Source: a virus
Lineage: Duplodnaviria; Caudoviricetes
Direction: 5' to 3' (one strand)
Length of the DNA stretch: 41,729 nucleotides
IMG/VR virus record: IMGVR_UViG_3300037419_000463
Span: 1 to 41,729 of that record
The position numbers and the translations under genes were made by a program. Position 1 is the first letter of the stretch. The number at the start of each line of letters is the position of its first letter. Positions 26,805 to 35,185 of the stretch are shown in pieces. A model generated the notes under the pieces. It did no database searches. It saw nothing but the letters and a program-made list of their open reading frames with translations, and was not told the DNA's origin.

Positions 26805-27032
26805 GTGCTTGACTCGCTCGTTTCCGCGCTGCCCGCGAAGTGGCAGGACAAGGCCAAGGGCATCGTCGCCGCCCTCGGGTCCGCTGTCGGCATCGCCTCC
26901 GTGGTGATCCCCGACTCGCCCAAGTGGCTGACTGTCGCTGTCGCCGTCGCTACCGCGCTCGGTGTGTACGCCACGCCGAACAAGGACATCCTCGGCAAGG
27001 CGTCGGCTCCCACGATTCTTGGGAAGGCGTGA
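26805..27032 (+). CDS. Holin
   Basis: Two TM segments; KAK.IVA...TALGVY.TPN pattern; follows the endolysin. Confidence 0.8.
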   Translation: MLDSLVSALPAKWQDKAKGIVAALGSAVGIASVVIPDSPKWLTVAVAVATALGVYATPNKDILGKASAPTILGKA

Positions 27033-27074
27033 CCATGTGGGCTTACCTGCTCCTCATCCTCGGCAAGGCCTGAC

Positions 27075-27422
27075 ATGTCCGAGGGGGGCGGCGTCTCGGC
27101 CGCTCTCGAGTCGAAGGTGCGGCGGCAGTATCGCCCCACCGTCCGGTCCATTCCCTGGCTGATCGGCTTCGCGATCCTGCCCCTCTACGAAGTGCTCGCC
27201 ATCGTCTACAAGTGGGACGGCGGCGCACTCTCCCACCTGTTCTGGTGGGCGTACGGCACCCGCTGGTCACTGCGCTGGTGGCTCCTGTCCTGCGGGTTCG
27301 TCGGCTGGTCCGCGTGGTGCTGCTGGCACTTCGCGTTCGAGTGGCCCGGCCTGCACCAACTCCTGATCCTCGTCGGCATCGGCCTCCTCATCGGCGCGGT
27401 CGGCTACCTCATCACCCGCTAG
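27075..27422 (+). CDS. Trp-rich multi-pass membrane protein
   Basis: About three hydrophobic segments; within the lysis region. Confidence 0.65.
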   Translation: MSEGGGVSAALESKVRRQYRPTVRSIPWLIGFAILPLYEVLAIVYKWDGGALSHLFWWAYGTRWSLRWWLLSCGFVGWSAWCCWHFAFEWPGLHQLLILVGIGLLIGAVGYLITR

Positions 27423-27429
27423 GAGCATC

Positions 27430-27570
27430 GTGCCCGAGCAGATGTTCGAAGTCCGCATCAGCGCCATGGGCGAGGTGCGCGACGCCGAGGGCAACCTCAT
27501 CAGCAGCGAGCCAGTCGAGGCCACGCTGACCGTCACCGCGGACGAGCTCCGCGCAATCCAAGGAGAATGA
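27430..27570 (+). CDS. 46-aa protein (MPEQMFEVRISAMGEVRDAEGNLI...); not in the ORF track
   Basis: AGGAG RBS; ends next to the RBS of the following gene. Confidence 0.65.
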   Translation: MPEQMFEVRISAMGEVRDAEGNLISSEPVEATLTVTADELRAIQGE

Positions 27571-27571
27571 C

Positions 27572-27946
27572 ATGGCGACAGGCCTCTCGGCATCGGTTGT
27601 CAACGGCTGGCTGGACGGCACCTTCGCCACCGCCACCTGCTACGTGAAGCTGCACACCGCAGACCCTGGCGCCGCTGGTGCGACCGCTGCCGCCGCTGGT
27701 GACACCAGCCGCAAGCAGGCGACCATGGCTGCCGCGTCCGGTGGGTCCAAGGCCGCGTCCGCGTCCGTGGGTCCGTGGACGAACGGTGGCACCTCGGAGA
27801 CGCTGTCACACATCAGCCTCTGGTCGGCGTCCACTGCGGGCACGTTCAACGGTTCCGCCGCTCTGTCCGCGTCGCAGGCGTGGGCGAGCACGAACACGTT
27901 CACCCTGACCAGCCTCACCATCGCCGTTACCCCGATCGCCGCCTGA
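27572..27946 (+). CDS. Small beta-rich virion fibre/filament subunit
   Basis: N..LD...YVKLHTADPG...SH..LW.A.T.G.F motif of a widespread phage structural family. Confidence 0.7.
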   Translation: MATGLSASVVNGWLDGTFATATCYVKLHTADPGAAGATAAAAGDTSRKQATMAAASGGSKAASASVGPWTNGGTSETLSHISLWSASTAGTFNGSAALSASQAWASTNTFTLTSLTIAVTPIAA

Positions 27947-28299
27947 TGCCTTCGGGCACGTGCGACCCCGCGTCGCGGGGTGACGCATACAACCAGGTGG
28001 CGGAGGAGGTCCCGGCGCCGGACGGGAGCGGGTCGGTCCTCATCGACTGCCGCTTCGGGTGGGACGGGACCAGCGTCATGCCCAACTGTGACGGTCCCAC
28101 CCAGTCGATCCGCACCCGCAACAACAGCGGGCAGACGGCGTGGGCGAGCCTGCCGAACAAGAAGAAGGCCCCGCCGTACGTGCAGATCGATCCCGGCACT
28201 GACGTCACGGTCACGGCTCAGGGTCAGCTCAACAACCTTGGGCTGACGAAGTACAGCGACGTGGCAGCCGTCCAGATCGTGTTCACCAAGCCCGTCTAG
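27946..28299 (+). CDS. Hypothetical protein, probably structural
   Basis: TGATG coupling within the module. Confidence 0.65.
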   Translation: MPSGTCDPASRGDAYNQVAEEVPAPDGSGSVLIDCRFGWDGTSVMPNCDGPTQSIRTRNNSGQTAWASLPNKKKAPPYVQIDPGTDVTVTAQGQLNNLGLTKYSDVAAVQIVFTKPV

Positions 28300-28307
28300 G
28301 AGGGGTT

Positions 28308-29921
28308 ATGGCGACCCCGCCCACCAGGAAGTCCTACGCCTCTCCGGCGTCAGGTAACTACAGCAGCGGGCCGGCGTCATTCACCACCACCGCGTTTGAT
28401 GTTGCCGCTGGCGACATCATCGTGGTGAAAGCCTCCGCTGAGACGGCGAACCAGGCAGTGACTGTCACGCCGTCCGCGTCGGGCGGGTCGGTCACGTGGA
28501 CCTCCCGTGCGAGCCAGAACACGGGTGGCCTGAACCAGTCGGCGGCGTACTTGTGGACCGGCGTGGTTGGGGCGACGGCGACCGGCATCACCGTCACGCT
28601 GAACAAGCCGTCCTCGGCGACCCTGAACTGGGGCATGTCGGCCACGGTGTACGGCAGCAACGGCGGCGTCGGCGTTGTGTTCTCTGGCAACAACGCCACG
28701 GGCAGCAGCGCACCCAGCGTCGCGGCTACGTGCTCGGCGAACTCGGCGGTCGACTGTCTGATCAACGACTGGAACGCCGTTGACGGGACCACTCGCACGT
28801 GGCGCACCATCAACGGGGCGGCCGAGTCCGAGGCGCTGTACTACCGCGACAGCATCCACCAGGCTGCGTACGGCGGTTACCGCACAGACAGCGGCGCGGC
28901 GGGGTCCATCACCCAGGGGCTCACCACTCCGTCGACTATGCGTTGGGTCTTGGTCGGCATCGAGATCCTGGGCACGGCGGGTGCGACCAACTTCAACGGC
29001 ACCGCGTCCTCGTCGTCCACCGCGTCAGTCACCACTGGTGGGGTTGTCGGCGCACTCACGACGGCCGCACTAGCGGCCACGGTCGCTATCACCGCCGCCG
29101 GGGTCGTCGGCACCTCCACCGGGGCGTCCCTGAACTCGACCGCCAGCATCACGGCGGCAGGGTCGGTCACGTCCGGCGTCAGCGCGGCGGCGTCCTCGAG
29201 CAGCACCGCCACTGTCACCACGGGCGGCGTTGTCGGCACTTCAACGACAATCAGCCTGCCAGCGACAGCGACCCTGTCCGGTGCCGGTGTCGTGGGGTCC
29301 TCCACGGGCTCCACGGCGGCCAACACGGCCACGCTGACAGTCGCAGGTGTCGTCGGTGCCTCCACGGGCTCGAGCCTGTCCGCAACCGCCGCGATCACGG
29401 CGGCCGGGTCGGTCAGTGCAGCAGGGACCGCCACCGCCAACGTCAACGGCGCCGCGGCAATCACCGCCGCAGGAACCGTCGCCGCCACGGCCACTGCGTC
29501 ACTGCCCGCCACCGTCACCATCACGGCGGCAGGTCAGGTCGGCACGTCCCGCACGGCAAGTCTCGCAGCAACCGGCACCATCACCGCGGCTGGCTCCGTC
29601 GTCTCGGGAAGTTCGGCCGGCGCATCCATCCCCGTCACGGTCACCATCACCGCCGCGGGTTCGGTTGCCGCGAACGGTGCCGCGTCACTGCCCGCGCTGG
29701 CGACGATCACCGCTGCTGGGTCCGTCGCCTCCACCGGCACCGCGTCCCTGGCGTCCACAGCCACCATCACGGCCACGGGTGTCGTGGTCGGGTCCAATGA
29801 CGGCACACCCGTCCGGTACCCGCGCGCCACGCTCACCACCGCCCGCAGCGCCGCCACCCTCACCAGTGCGCTCGCATCGGCCACCCTCACCACCCCAACG
29901 TCGAGAGGCACCCTGACGTGA
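28308..29921 (+). CDS. Fibre-like protein: N-terminal beta domain plus 13 x ~20-aa Ala/Thr/Gly repeats
   Basis: AGGAGG RBS; recurring ASL.AT..ITAAG.V units. Confidence 0.75.
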   Translation: MATPPTRKSYASPASGNYSSGPASFTTTAFDVAAGDIIVVKASAETANQAVTVTPSASGGSVTWTSRASQNTGGLNQSAAYLWTGVVGATATGITVTLNKPSSATLNWGMSATVYGSNGGVGVVFSGNNATGSSAPSVAATCSANSAVDCLINDWNAVDGTTRTWRTINGAAESEALYYRDSIHQAAYGGYRTDSGAAGSITQGLTTPSTMRWVLVGIEILGTAGATNFNGTASSSSTASVTTGGVVGALTTAALAATVAITAAGVVGTSTGASLNSTASITAAGSVTSGVSAAASSSSTATVTTGGVVGTSTTISLPATATLSGAGVVGSSTGSTAANTATLTVAGVVGASTGSSLSATAAITAAGSVSAAGTATANVNGAAAITAAGTVAATATASLPATVTITAAGQVGTSRTASLAATGTITAAGSVVSGSSAGASIPVTVTITAAGSVAANGAASLPALATITAAGSVASTGTASLASTATITATGVVVGSNDGTPVRYPRATLTTARSAATLTSALASATLTTPTSRGTLT

Positions 29922-30250
29922 GCACTGACGGCGACTTCTACGCAGGCGACACTTCTCCCGCGTTCACCGCCACCCTGAGCAACGTCGACCGCGCCACGAA
30001 GGTGTCGACGGTGGCGAACCTGACGGGTGCGACGGTGCAGCTGCACTTCCTCACCCCGGCCGACTCGCTGTCGGTGGCCGCGTCACTGGTGTCCCCGACC
30101 GCTGGCACGATCTCGTATGCGTGGGCCGGGTCGGACCTGACCGCTGCTCGGGTGGGTGTGTGGGATTGGGAGGCGCAGGTCACGTTCTCCAACGGCAAGA
30201 TCCAGACGTTCCCTGGTGGCACGTTCCGGGTGGCCGCGCAACTCGCCTGA
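29918..30250 (+). CDS. BppU-N-like Ig-fold protein
   Basis: GDT.P...L...NLTGATV...G.I.Y.W...D...G.W..E..VTF..G...TFP signature. Confidence 0.75.
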   Translation: MSTDGDFYAGDTSPAFTATLSNVDRATKVSTVANLTGATVQLHFLTPADSLSVAASLVSPTAGTISYAWAGSDLTAARVGVWDWEAQVTFSNGKIQTFPGGTFRVAAQLA

Positions 30251-30263
30251 CGCACGACACCAC

Positions 30264-30308
30264 AACGCCCCTCTCGCCTTCACGGCGGGAGGGGCGTTTC
30301 GTCGTTTC
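30264..30308 (+). terminator. Intrinsic terminator ending the late operon
   Basis: AACGCCCCTCTCGCC / GGCGGGAGGGGCGTT followed by TCGTCGTTTCT; lies between convergent genes. Confidence 0.8.
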
Positions 30309-30739
30309 TAGGAGTGCACCCGCTCGCCCCGGAACTCGCGCATCTCGGCCATGGTGCGCGGGATAGCCACGAAGGTCGCATTGGTCCAGCGATACGGCTC
30401 CGCTTCGGGCTGGACGAGTAGGCGGATGTACCACGCTTCCTCGTCATAGGCGCCCCCCTCTGGGTCGGGGTTACCGTCGTCGTCGAGATAGGGCAGCGTC
30501 TCGACGGTCCGCCGTTCCAAGATGCCGACACAGGTTTCGGGCTGTCGGCCGTCACGAATTCGCAGCCCGAGCGATGATGTCTCCACGACAAGGTCGCCCG
30601 GCCTCGGGTGGCTGGCGCGCTCGTAGTAGGCCCGAACTATGGGCGGCGCGCCTCCGATGAGCGTGTTGGACCATGCCGTGTAACCAGCCACGCCGATCAG
30701 GACGGCCGACTCCGCGCCTGCCACCGTTATGCTGTCCAT
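30308..30739 (-). CDS. Hypothetical protein downstream of RHH2
   Basis: GGAAGGAG RBS; 143 aa; ends at the terminator. Confidence 0.7.
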   Translation of the reverse strand: MDSITVAGAESAVLIGVAGYTAWSNTLIGGAPPIVRAYYERASHPRPGDLVVETSSLGLRIRDGRQPETCVGILERRTVETLPYLDDDGNPDPEGGAYDEEAWYIRLLVQPEAEPYRWTNATFVAIPRTMAEMREFRGERVHS

Positions 30740-30797
30740 ATCGCTCCTTCCCGAGCGGTCATGCCCCCGGCGTCCTCACCGACGTGCGGGGGACTTC

Positions 30798-30968
30798 TTA
30801 CTTGTGTCGCTTGACGTACTCGGCGAGAGCTTCACGGACGACTTCCGAAAGCGACTCCCCCTGGCGCTTGGCAATAGCCTGCGCGGACTTCCACAACTCG
30901 TCTGGAACGCGAATGGCGCGCTGAGGCGTCTTCGGCTGATTCGGCACCGCTCCAGTCTGACCGGACAT
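30798..30968 (-). CDS. Ribbon-helix-helix protein 2 (...PNQPKTPQRAIRVPDELWKSAQAIAKRQGESLSEVVREALAEYVKRHK); alternative start GTG 30947; not in the ORF track
   Basis: Translated by hand; textbook CopG/Arc-type pattern; GGAGGG RBS. Confidence 0.8.
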   Translation of the reverse strand: MSGQTGAVPNQPKTPQRAIRVPDELWKSAQAIAKRQGESLSEVVREALAEYVKRHK

Positions 30969-30980
30969 TCGCCCTCCGTC

Positions 30981-31040
30981 TGTATAGACACTCGGTGTAT
31001 AGACACCTTACGGGCCGAACGGCCCACCTGTCTATACACC
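30981..31040 (-). promoter_or_regulatory. Three TGTATAGACA operator boxes upstream of RHH2
   Basis: TGTATAGACAC 30981-30991, GGTGTATAGACACC 30994-31007, inverted TGTCTATACACC 31029-31040; possible TAGACA-18-TAAGGT promoter on the minus strand. Confidence 0.65.
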
Positions 31041-32168
31041 ATTCGGCGGGCTCACAAACGTCTCCAGCGCGCGCATGGCCTTCCTGTGCGACTCTTCATT
31101 GCCGTGTATGTACGCCTGCCGCGTGATCTGCACTGATGAATGCCCAAGGATCTCAGCGATGGTCTTGTCTGGCACTCCCGCCTCGTGCAGCAGGGACGCG
31201 GTCGTGCCACGGGCCGCATGCAACGCAGGCATATCGCCGTACGCAGCGTCTGCGTCACACACCCCGGCGCGGACCAGCAGGGCCTTCCAGTTGCCCCAGT
31301 CCTTCCGTGAGTCCATGGCCGTCCCGTAGAACACGAATTCGCCCGTGCGCGGCATCGCCTCCAGCAGCAACGCGACAGGCTCCAACATGGGGATGGAACG
31401 CTTGGACGTGTCCGACTTCGGCGGCGTCAACACCATGCCCTTACCGGTGATGCGGACGAGCTCGCGCTCGATGCGGATACGCCGGTTCTCGAGGTCGACC
31501 ATGTCCCACTTCAACCCCAAGCACTCGCCCTGCCGCATGCCCTCCAGCAGTGCGCACGCCCACCTCGCGGCCAGCGGGTCGCCGTCGAGCGCGGACAGGA
31601 CGCGCCTCGCCTCAGCCAGCGTCAAGGGAACGTGGTGGTTCTTGCCCACGGGCGGCGGGTCAACGAGCGCGGCAGGGTTGCGAAGGATGCGCCCCTCCCG
31701 CTCGGCCACGACCAGCGACCGGCGCAGGATGGCGTGCGCCTGCCTCCTGGTCGCGTCCGACTTCCCCTCGGCGTCCATGGCGGCGTACATGGCGCGGATG
31801 TGGTCAGGCTTCAGCTTGTCGAGACGGTGTCGGCCGAGGTGCGGGACGAGCCAGGTGCGGACGTAGCCGCGATAGCCGACGAGGGTGCGTTCCCTGACCC
31901 GGCGTGAGGCGATGTTGTCGAGCCAGTGGGTCAGCCAGTCCTCCACGGTCCCGTCGTCGGAGAACACCCCAGCGTCCACCTCGGCGCGCGCCTTGCGCAT
32001 CTTCTCGAGGACGGCCTTGCGAGTCTTCGCCGTGACCGTCTTACGCCTACGCCCCATGGTCCCGTCGGGCCGCAACACCCGCGTGCCGATCTGAATCTGC
32101 CCTACCCACGTGCCGTCGGCGCGCTGGTAGACGCCCCCGTCACCCCTGCCTCGGCGCTTCTCGGCCAT
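31032..32168 (-). CDS. int: Tyrosine integrase
   Basis: N-terminal arm-binding domain; catalytic R (GMRQGE), K (PKS), HxxR (LHAAR), LGHS and Y. Confidence 0.95.
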   Translation of the reverse strand: MAEKRRGRGDGGVYQRADGTWVGQIQIGTRVLRPDGTMGRRRKTVTAKTRKAVLEKMRKARAEVDAGVFSDDGTVEDWLTHWLDNIASRRVRERTLVGYRGYVRTWLVPHLGRHRLDKLKPDHIRAMYAAMDAEGKSDATRRQAHAILRRSLVVAEREGRILRNPAALVDPPPVGKNHHVPLTLAEARRVLSALDGDPLAARWACALLEGMRQGECLGLKWDMVDLENRRIRIERELVRITGKGMVLTPPKSDTSKRSIPMLEPVALLLEAMPRTGEFVFYGTAMDSRKDWGNWKALLVRAGVCDADAAYGDMPALHAARGTTASLLHEAGVPDKTIAEILGHSSVQITRQAYIHGNEESHRKAMRALETFVSPPNGV

Positions 32169-32183
32169 CTCGGCTCCCTCGTT

Positions 32184-32438
32184 TGCTGCCTTACTGCTGC
32201 CTAGCGAACCCTAGCGCTCACTATCGCCCGCGACTGCGAAACGCCTCTGGCCTGCGCATTTACCTGAGTATCAGCGCCGCCCCGTCCCCAAATTCTACCC
32301 CAACGACGGACTCATAATCCGTCGGTCGTCGGTTCAAGCCCGACCTGCCCCACCCCATGGAAACGGCCCCTGACCAGCAGCGATGCGGTCGGGGGCCGTT
32401 TCCGTATTCAGGCCAGTTGCTGCCTATTCTGTTGCCTA
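32184..32438. other. attP: attP: core is the 3' half of a tRNA-CAT (about 32306-32354), flanked by arm-type repeats
   Basis: ACGGA-CTCATAA-TCCGT anticodon arm, GTCGG-TTCAAGC-CCGAC T arm, CTGCCCCA; TG(C/T)TGCCT(A/T) pairs at 32184/32195 and 32418/32430. Confidence 0.85.
32361..32404 (+). terminator. Terminator-like hairpin downstream of the att core
   Basis: AAACGGCCCCTGACC / GGTCGGGGGCCGTTT. Confidence 0.65.
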
Positions 32439-32554
32439 AGTTCGGCCTGAGTCCCTGGGAACAGCGGACACACCAGCCCGCGGTCGCACGGGCACGCCTT
32501 CCCCGTCAGTCGTTCGATCAGCGCTCGCGTCCGAGCCGCCTTGCTCGCCGACAT
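32408..32554 (-). CDS. 48-aa CxC...C protein (MSASKAARTRALIERLTGKACPCDRGLVCPLF...); not in the ORF track
   Basis: GAGGTGGAG RBS; same orientation as repressor and integrase. Confidence 0.5.
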   Translation of the reverse strand: MSASKAARTRALIERLTGKACPCDRGLVCPLFPGTQAELRQQNRQQLA

Positions 32555-32700
32555 CTCCACCTCACATGCACGTGTCCCCTGCATCTGCCTTGCCCTGCTC
32601 TCTCCGGTGCGGCCAACCCCCCATCAGGACCGGCCATGGGTTCGACCGTAAGCGAGACCGGTGACAGCGGTGTATACACACCCAAACCTTGACCTGCGCC

Positions 32701-33138
32701 TTACTCGATGCCGAGCAAACGGTTGATGTCCCGCATAGTCCTTTCGGCCGATGCGGGGTCCATGTTGCGCAGGGTGCCCATGACGATCGTGCCGAAGTCG
32801 CGGATGGCGCGCTCCCTGGCCGGCAGATCCGCCTCGGGCGCGGTGTCCATCTCGATCAATTGTGCGGCCTCGTCCTCACCGTGCTCCTCGCCGAACGCCT
32901 TGCGTGTCTTGTCGAGCGCGAGCTTCCACGAGGTCCCCTGTGGCCAGCCGAGCGACTTGTCGAGGTCGGACAGGCTCTTCGCCATCTTCGTCGTGGGTGC
33001 CCCCTGGCGCTTCGGCAGCTCGGCGAGCCATGACTTCGACGGTCCGCCCAGCGAGTGGAGATCCTCCTGCCGCAGACCCAGTTCGCCGCGGCGCTCGTCC
33101 ACGATGCGGGCTAGGCGCTGCCAATTCGTTTCGTTCAT
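32701..33138 (-). CDS. Immunity repressor (XRE-type HTH)
   Basis: LARIVDERRGELGLRQEDL...GGPSKSWL.EL...LD..LGW..G; divergent from the early operon. Confidence 0.82.
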   Translation of the reverse strand: MNETNWQRLARIVDERRGELGLRQEDLHSLGGPSKSWLAELPKRQGAPTTKMAKSLSDLDKSLGWPQGTSWKLALDKTRKAFGEEHGEDEAAQLIEMDTAPEADLPARERAIRDFGTIVMGTLRNMDPASAERTMRDINRLLGIE

Positions 33139-33239
33139 GGGTCCATCTTGGCGCAAAGTTGGCCCCTCGCCACATGAGCAATTTCACGCATTGCGCGGAA
33201 GTGCTTGACCTGCGTCCAACTTGGACCTAACTTGGAGTC
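33139..33239. promoter_or_regulatory. Genetic switch: early promoter and operators
   Basis: TTGACC(33205)-17-TAACTT(33228)-6-ATG (leaderless); palindrome GTCCAACTTGGAC 33214-33226 with a variant GTCCATCTTGGCG at 33141-33153. Confidence 0.75.
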
Positions 33240-33431
33240 ATGAACTCCACCGCACTCAGCGTAAGCGTACGCGACGCAGCCGCGCTGACCTCGTTCTCCG
33301 AGTACGAGATCCGCAAGGCTATCAACGAGGGTGAGCTGGTCGCCGTGAAGCGCGGCCGCCGCCTCGCCATCCCCACCGCCAACCTCGAGGCCTGGCTCGC
33401 CTCCCTGGACAAGACGACCGACGTCGCCTGA
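33240..33431 (+). CDS. Excisionase/Cro-like HTH_17 protein
   Basis: SVRDAAALTSFSEYEIRKAINEGEL.A...GRRLAIP...LEAWL. Confidence 0.85.
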   Translation: MNSTALSVSVRDAAALTSFSEYEIRKAINEGELVAVKRGRRLAIPTANLEAWLASLDKTTDVA

Positions 33432-33435
33432 CGCC

Positions 33436-33837
33436 ATGAACGTCTACTTCATCCGCGTCGGCCAGTACGTCAAGGTCGGTTTCTCGCAGAACCCTGAGCG
33501 GCGGTTCCGTCGCCTGTTCTCGAGCACCACCGGCTACTCGGCCCCGTGGGACTGCCCGCGAGGACTCGCCGACCGGACGCTCCTCGGCTACGTGCCGGGT
33601 GGCAAGAACGAGGAGTGGGAAGCGCACGCGGCGCTCGAGGACTTTCTCGTCGGCTGCGAGTTCTATCTCGCCGAGGAGCCGGTGCTCGACTACGCCGCTC
33701 GGTGCATCAAGGCCGGCCGCGTCCTCACGGACCGCGTCGACCGGCCCGAGGGTCGCGCCGAGTTCGTCGGCCAGGTTCCTCCAGGCGTGGACGTCTGGAC
33801 CCTCTCGGACATCACCCGAGCTCGCAGGTCCGCCTAG
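33436..33837 (+). CDS. GIY-YIG-family (T5orf172-like) protein
   Basis: VYFIRVGQYVKVGFSQNPERR...E...H...EFY. Confidence 0.72.
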   Translation: MNVYFIRVGQYVKVGFSQNPERRFRRLFSSTTGYSAPWDCPRGLADRTLLGYVPGGKNEEWEAHAALEDFLVGCEFYLAEEPVLDYAARCIKAGRVLTDRVDRPEGRAEFVGQVPPGVDVWTLSDITRARRSA

Positions 33838-33958
33838 CACGCCCCTTCCTCGTGTCGCGTCCATGACCGGCGCGGGGTGGGGGATCAAACCGAAAGCAGC
33901 AGGCCCGGTCGCGCTGCACACGCAATGACCGGGCCGTCCACAGAAAGGCTACACCGAA

Positions 33959-34093
33959 ATGCACCTCAGTCTCATCGTCTGCGGCGACATCGGCGAGGAC
34001 CAGACCGAGTACGAGTTTGAGCCGCTGACCGCCCCGTCCATTCCCGAGACGGCCCCCGTGACCGTTCCCGACCGTGAGGCGGTCCCGGCATGA
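33959..34093 (+). CDS. 44-aa acidic Pro-rich protein; not in the ORF track
   Basis: AGAAAGG RBS; ATGA-coupled to the next gene. Confidence 0.55.
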   Translation: MHLSLIVCGDIGEDQTEYEFEPLTAPSIPETAPVTVPDREAVPA

Positions 34094-34629
34094 GCGAGTT
34101 CTCCGACCGCCCGTTCGTGGCTGGCAGCGTCACCGGCCTCCGCGCTTTCCGCATCGACACCCTCGGCCGCCTTACCGGCGTCACGCACCGTGACGTATGG
34201 GTGCCCGGCGAGAACCAGGCAAAGTGCCACAAGGTCATCTACGACTACTTTCCGCCGAGCTACCAGCGAACCCTCTCGCCAACGTCCGACCCGTACGGCT
34301 TCATGCGGTACGAGATGAACACCACGCCTCGAGTCGTCGGTCCCGCTGTGGACCAGCCCGGACACCAGATGGCCGGAGTCGAGTGCGAATGCGGCTTCTA
34401 CGCCTACTTCGACGGCGGGAATGACTACCTCGCGGTTCCCACTAGCGGCTACTTCAGCAGCATCACGGTCACGGCCGGGCTCGCCACCGCGTCCGGCGAG
34501 GACAAGGCGCCGCAGGCCCTGGTCGACTGCATCAAGCGCGACGTCGAGTACCTGCGTGAGAAGGCTCGCCCGTGCAACCACTACCACGGCGCCCACTGCT
34601 CGTACACGCGACAGGGGCAGGCGGCATGA
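34090..34629 (+). CDS. Hypothetical protein with C...H...CECGFYA motif
   Basis: G.R.F...L....W.PG.N.A.C pattern; operon coupling. Confidence 0.7.
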   Translation: MSEFSDRPFVAGSVTGLRAFRIDTLGRLTGVTHRDVWVPGENQAKCHKVIYDYFPPSYQRTLSPTSDPYGFMRYEMNTTPRVVGPAVDQPGHQMAGVECECGFYAYFDGGNDYLAVPTSGYFSSITVTAGLATASGEDKAPQALVDCIKRDVEYLREKARPCNHYHGAHCSYTRQGQAA

Positions 34630-34865
34630 ACACCATCGTCGGCCTCGGCCTCTTCTCCATCGGCTGGCTTGCCCTTGGCTGGCTCGGCGCGCGGCTCGCC
34701 CTCATCGACTGGCACCGCACGTTCGGCGACTACGACGCGATCGGCCCGGCTGCGTTCACCACCCTTCTCGGTCCGATCGGTTTGATAGTCGGCCTCCTTC
34801 AGTGGCTGTTGGGGCTACCGAAGAAGGGCCGCCGCACCTCCGCCAAGTTCTGGGGCCTCCGATGA
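34626..34865 (+). CDS. Two-TM membrane protein
   Basis: Hydrophobic segments; ATGA overlaps at both ends. Confidence 0.65.
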   Translation: MNTIVGLGLFSIGWLALGWLGARLALIDWHRTFGDYDAIGPAAFTTLLGPIGLIVGLLQWLLGLPKKGRRTSAKFWGLR

Positions 34866-35185
34866 CCGCCCTCACCATCTACGGCGTCCTCGGTGACGAC
34901 CTCTGGATCGACCGCGACGGCGACATCTACTCGCTGCCGATTCACGAGATCGCCATGGTTCGCATCGCCGTAACGCAGAGTGACGCAATCGACCCGCACG
35001 GCCACCGCTGGGACGAGTCGCAGGTCGACACGCTCATCATCGCGCTCAACACCGCACCCGAGCTCGACCCGTGCACCCGCTGCCGAACCCTGCCCATCCT
35101 CCACGGCGGCGACCACTGCATCGAATGCGCCGGCCTCGTGCAGGAACAGTCCGACGCCACGATGCGCACCTGGAGGGCGTCATGA
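34862..35185 (+). CDS. Hypothetical protein with C-terminal CxxC...CxxC
   Basis: ATGA overlaps; CTRC and CIEC. Confidence 0.65.
   Translation: MTALTIYGVLGDDLWIDRDGDIYSLPIHEIAMVRIAVTQSDAIDPHGHRWDESQVDTLIIALNTAPELDPCTRCRTLPILHGGDHCIECAGLVQEQSDATMRTWRAS

Noticed and set aside
28990-29800. CRISPR array or DGR template/variable repeats
   Set aside because: The repeats are degenerate, in-frame protein repeats without spacers; no cas or reverse transcriptase gene in the window.
32280-32356. Complete phage tRNA gene
   Set aside because: The 5' acceptor strand and D-arm are absent; only the 3' half is present, consistent with an attP core.
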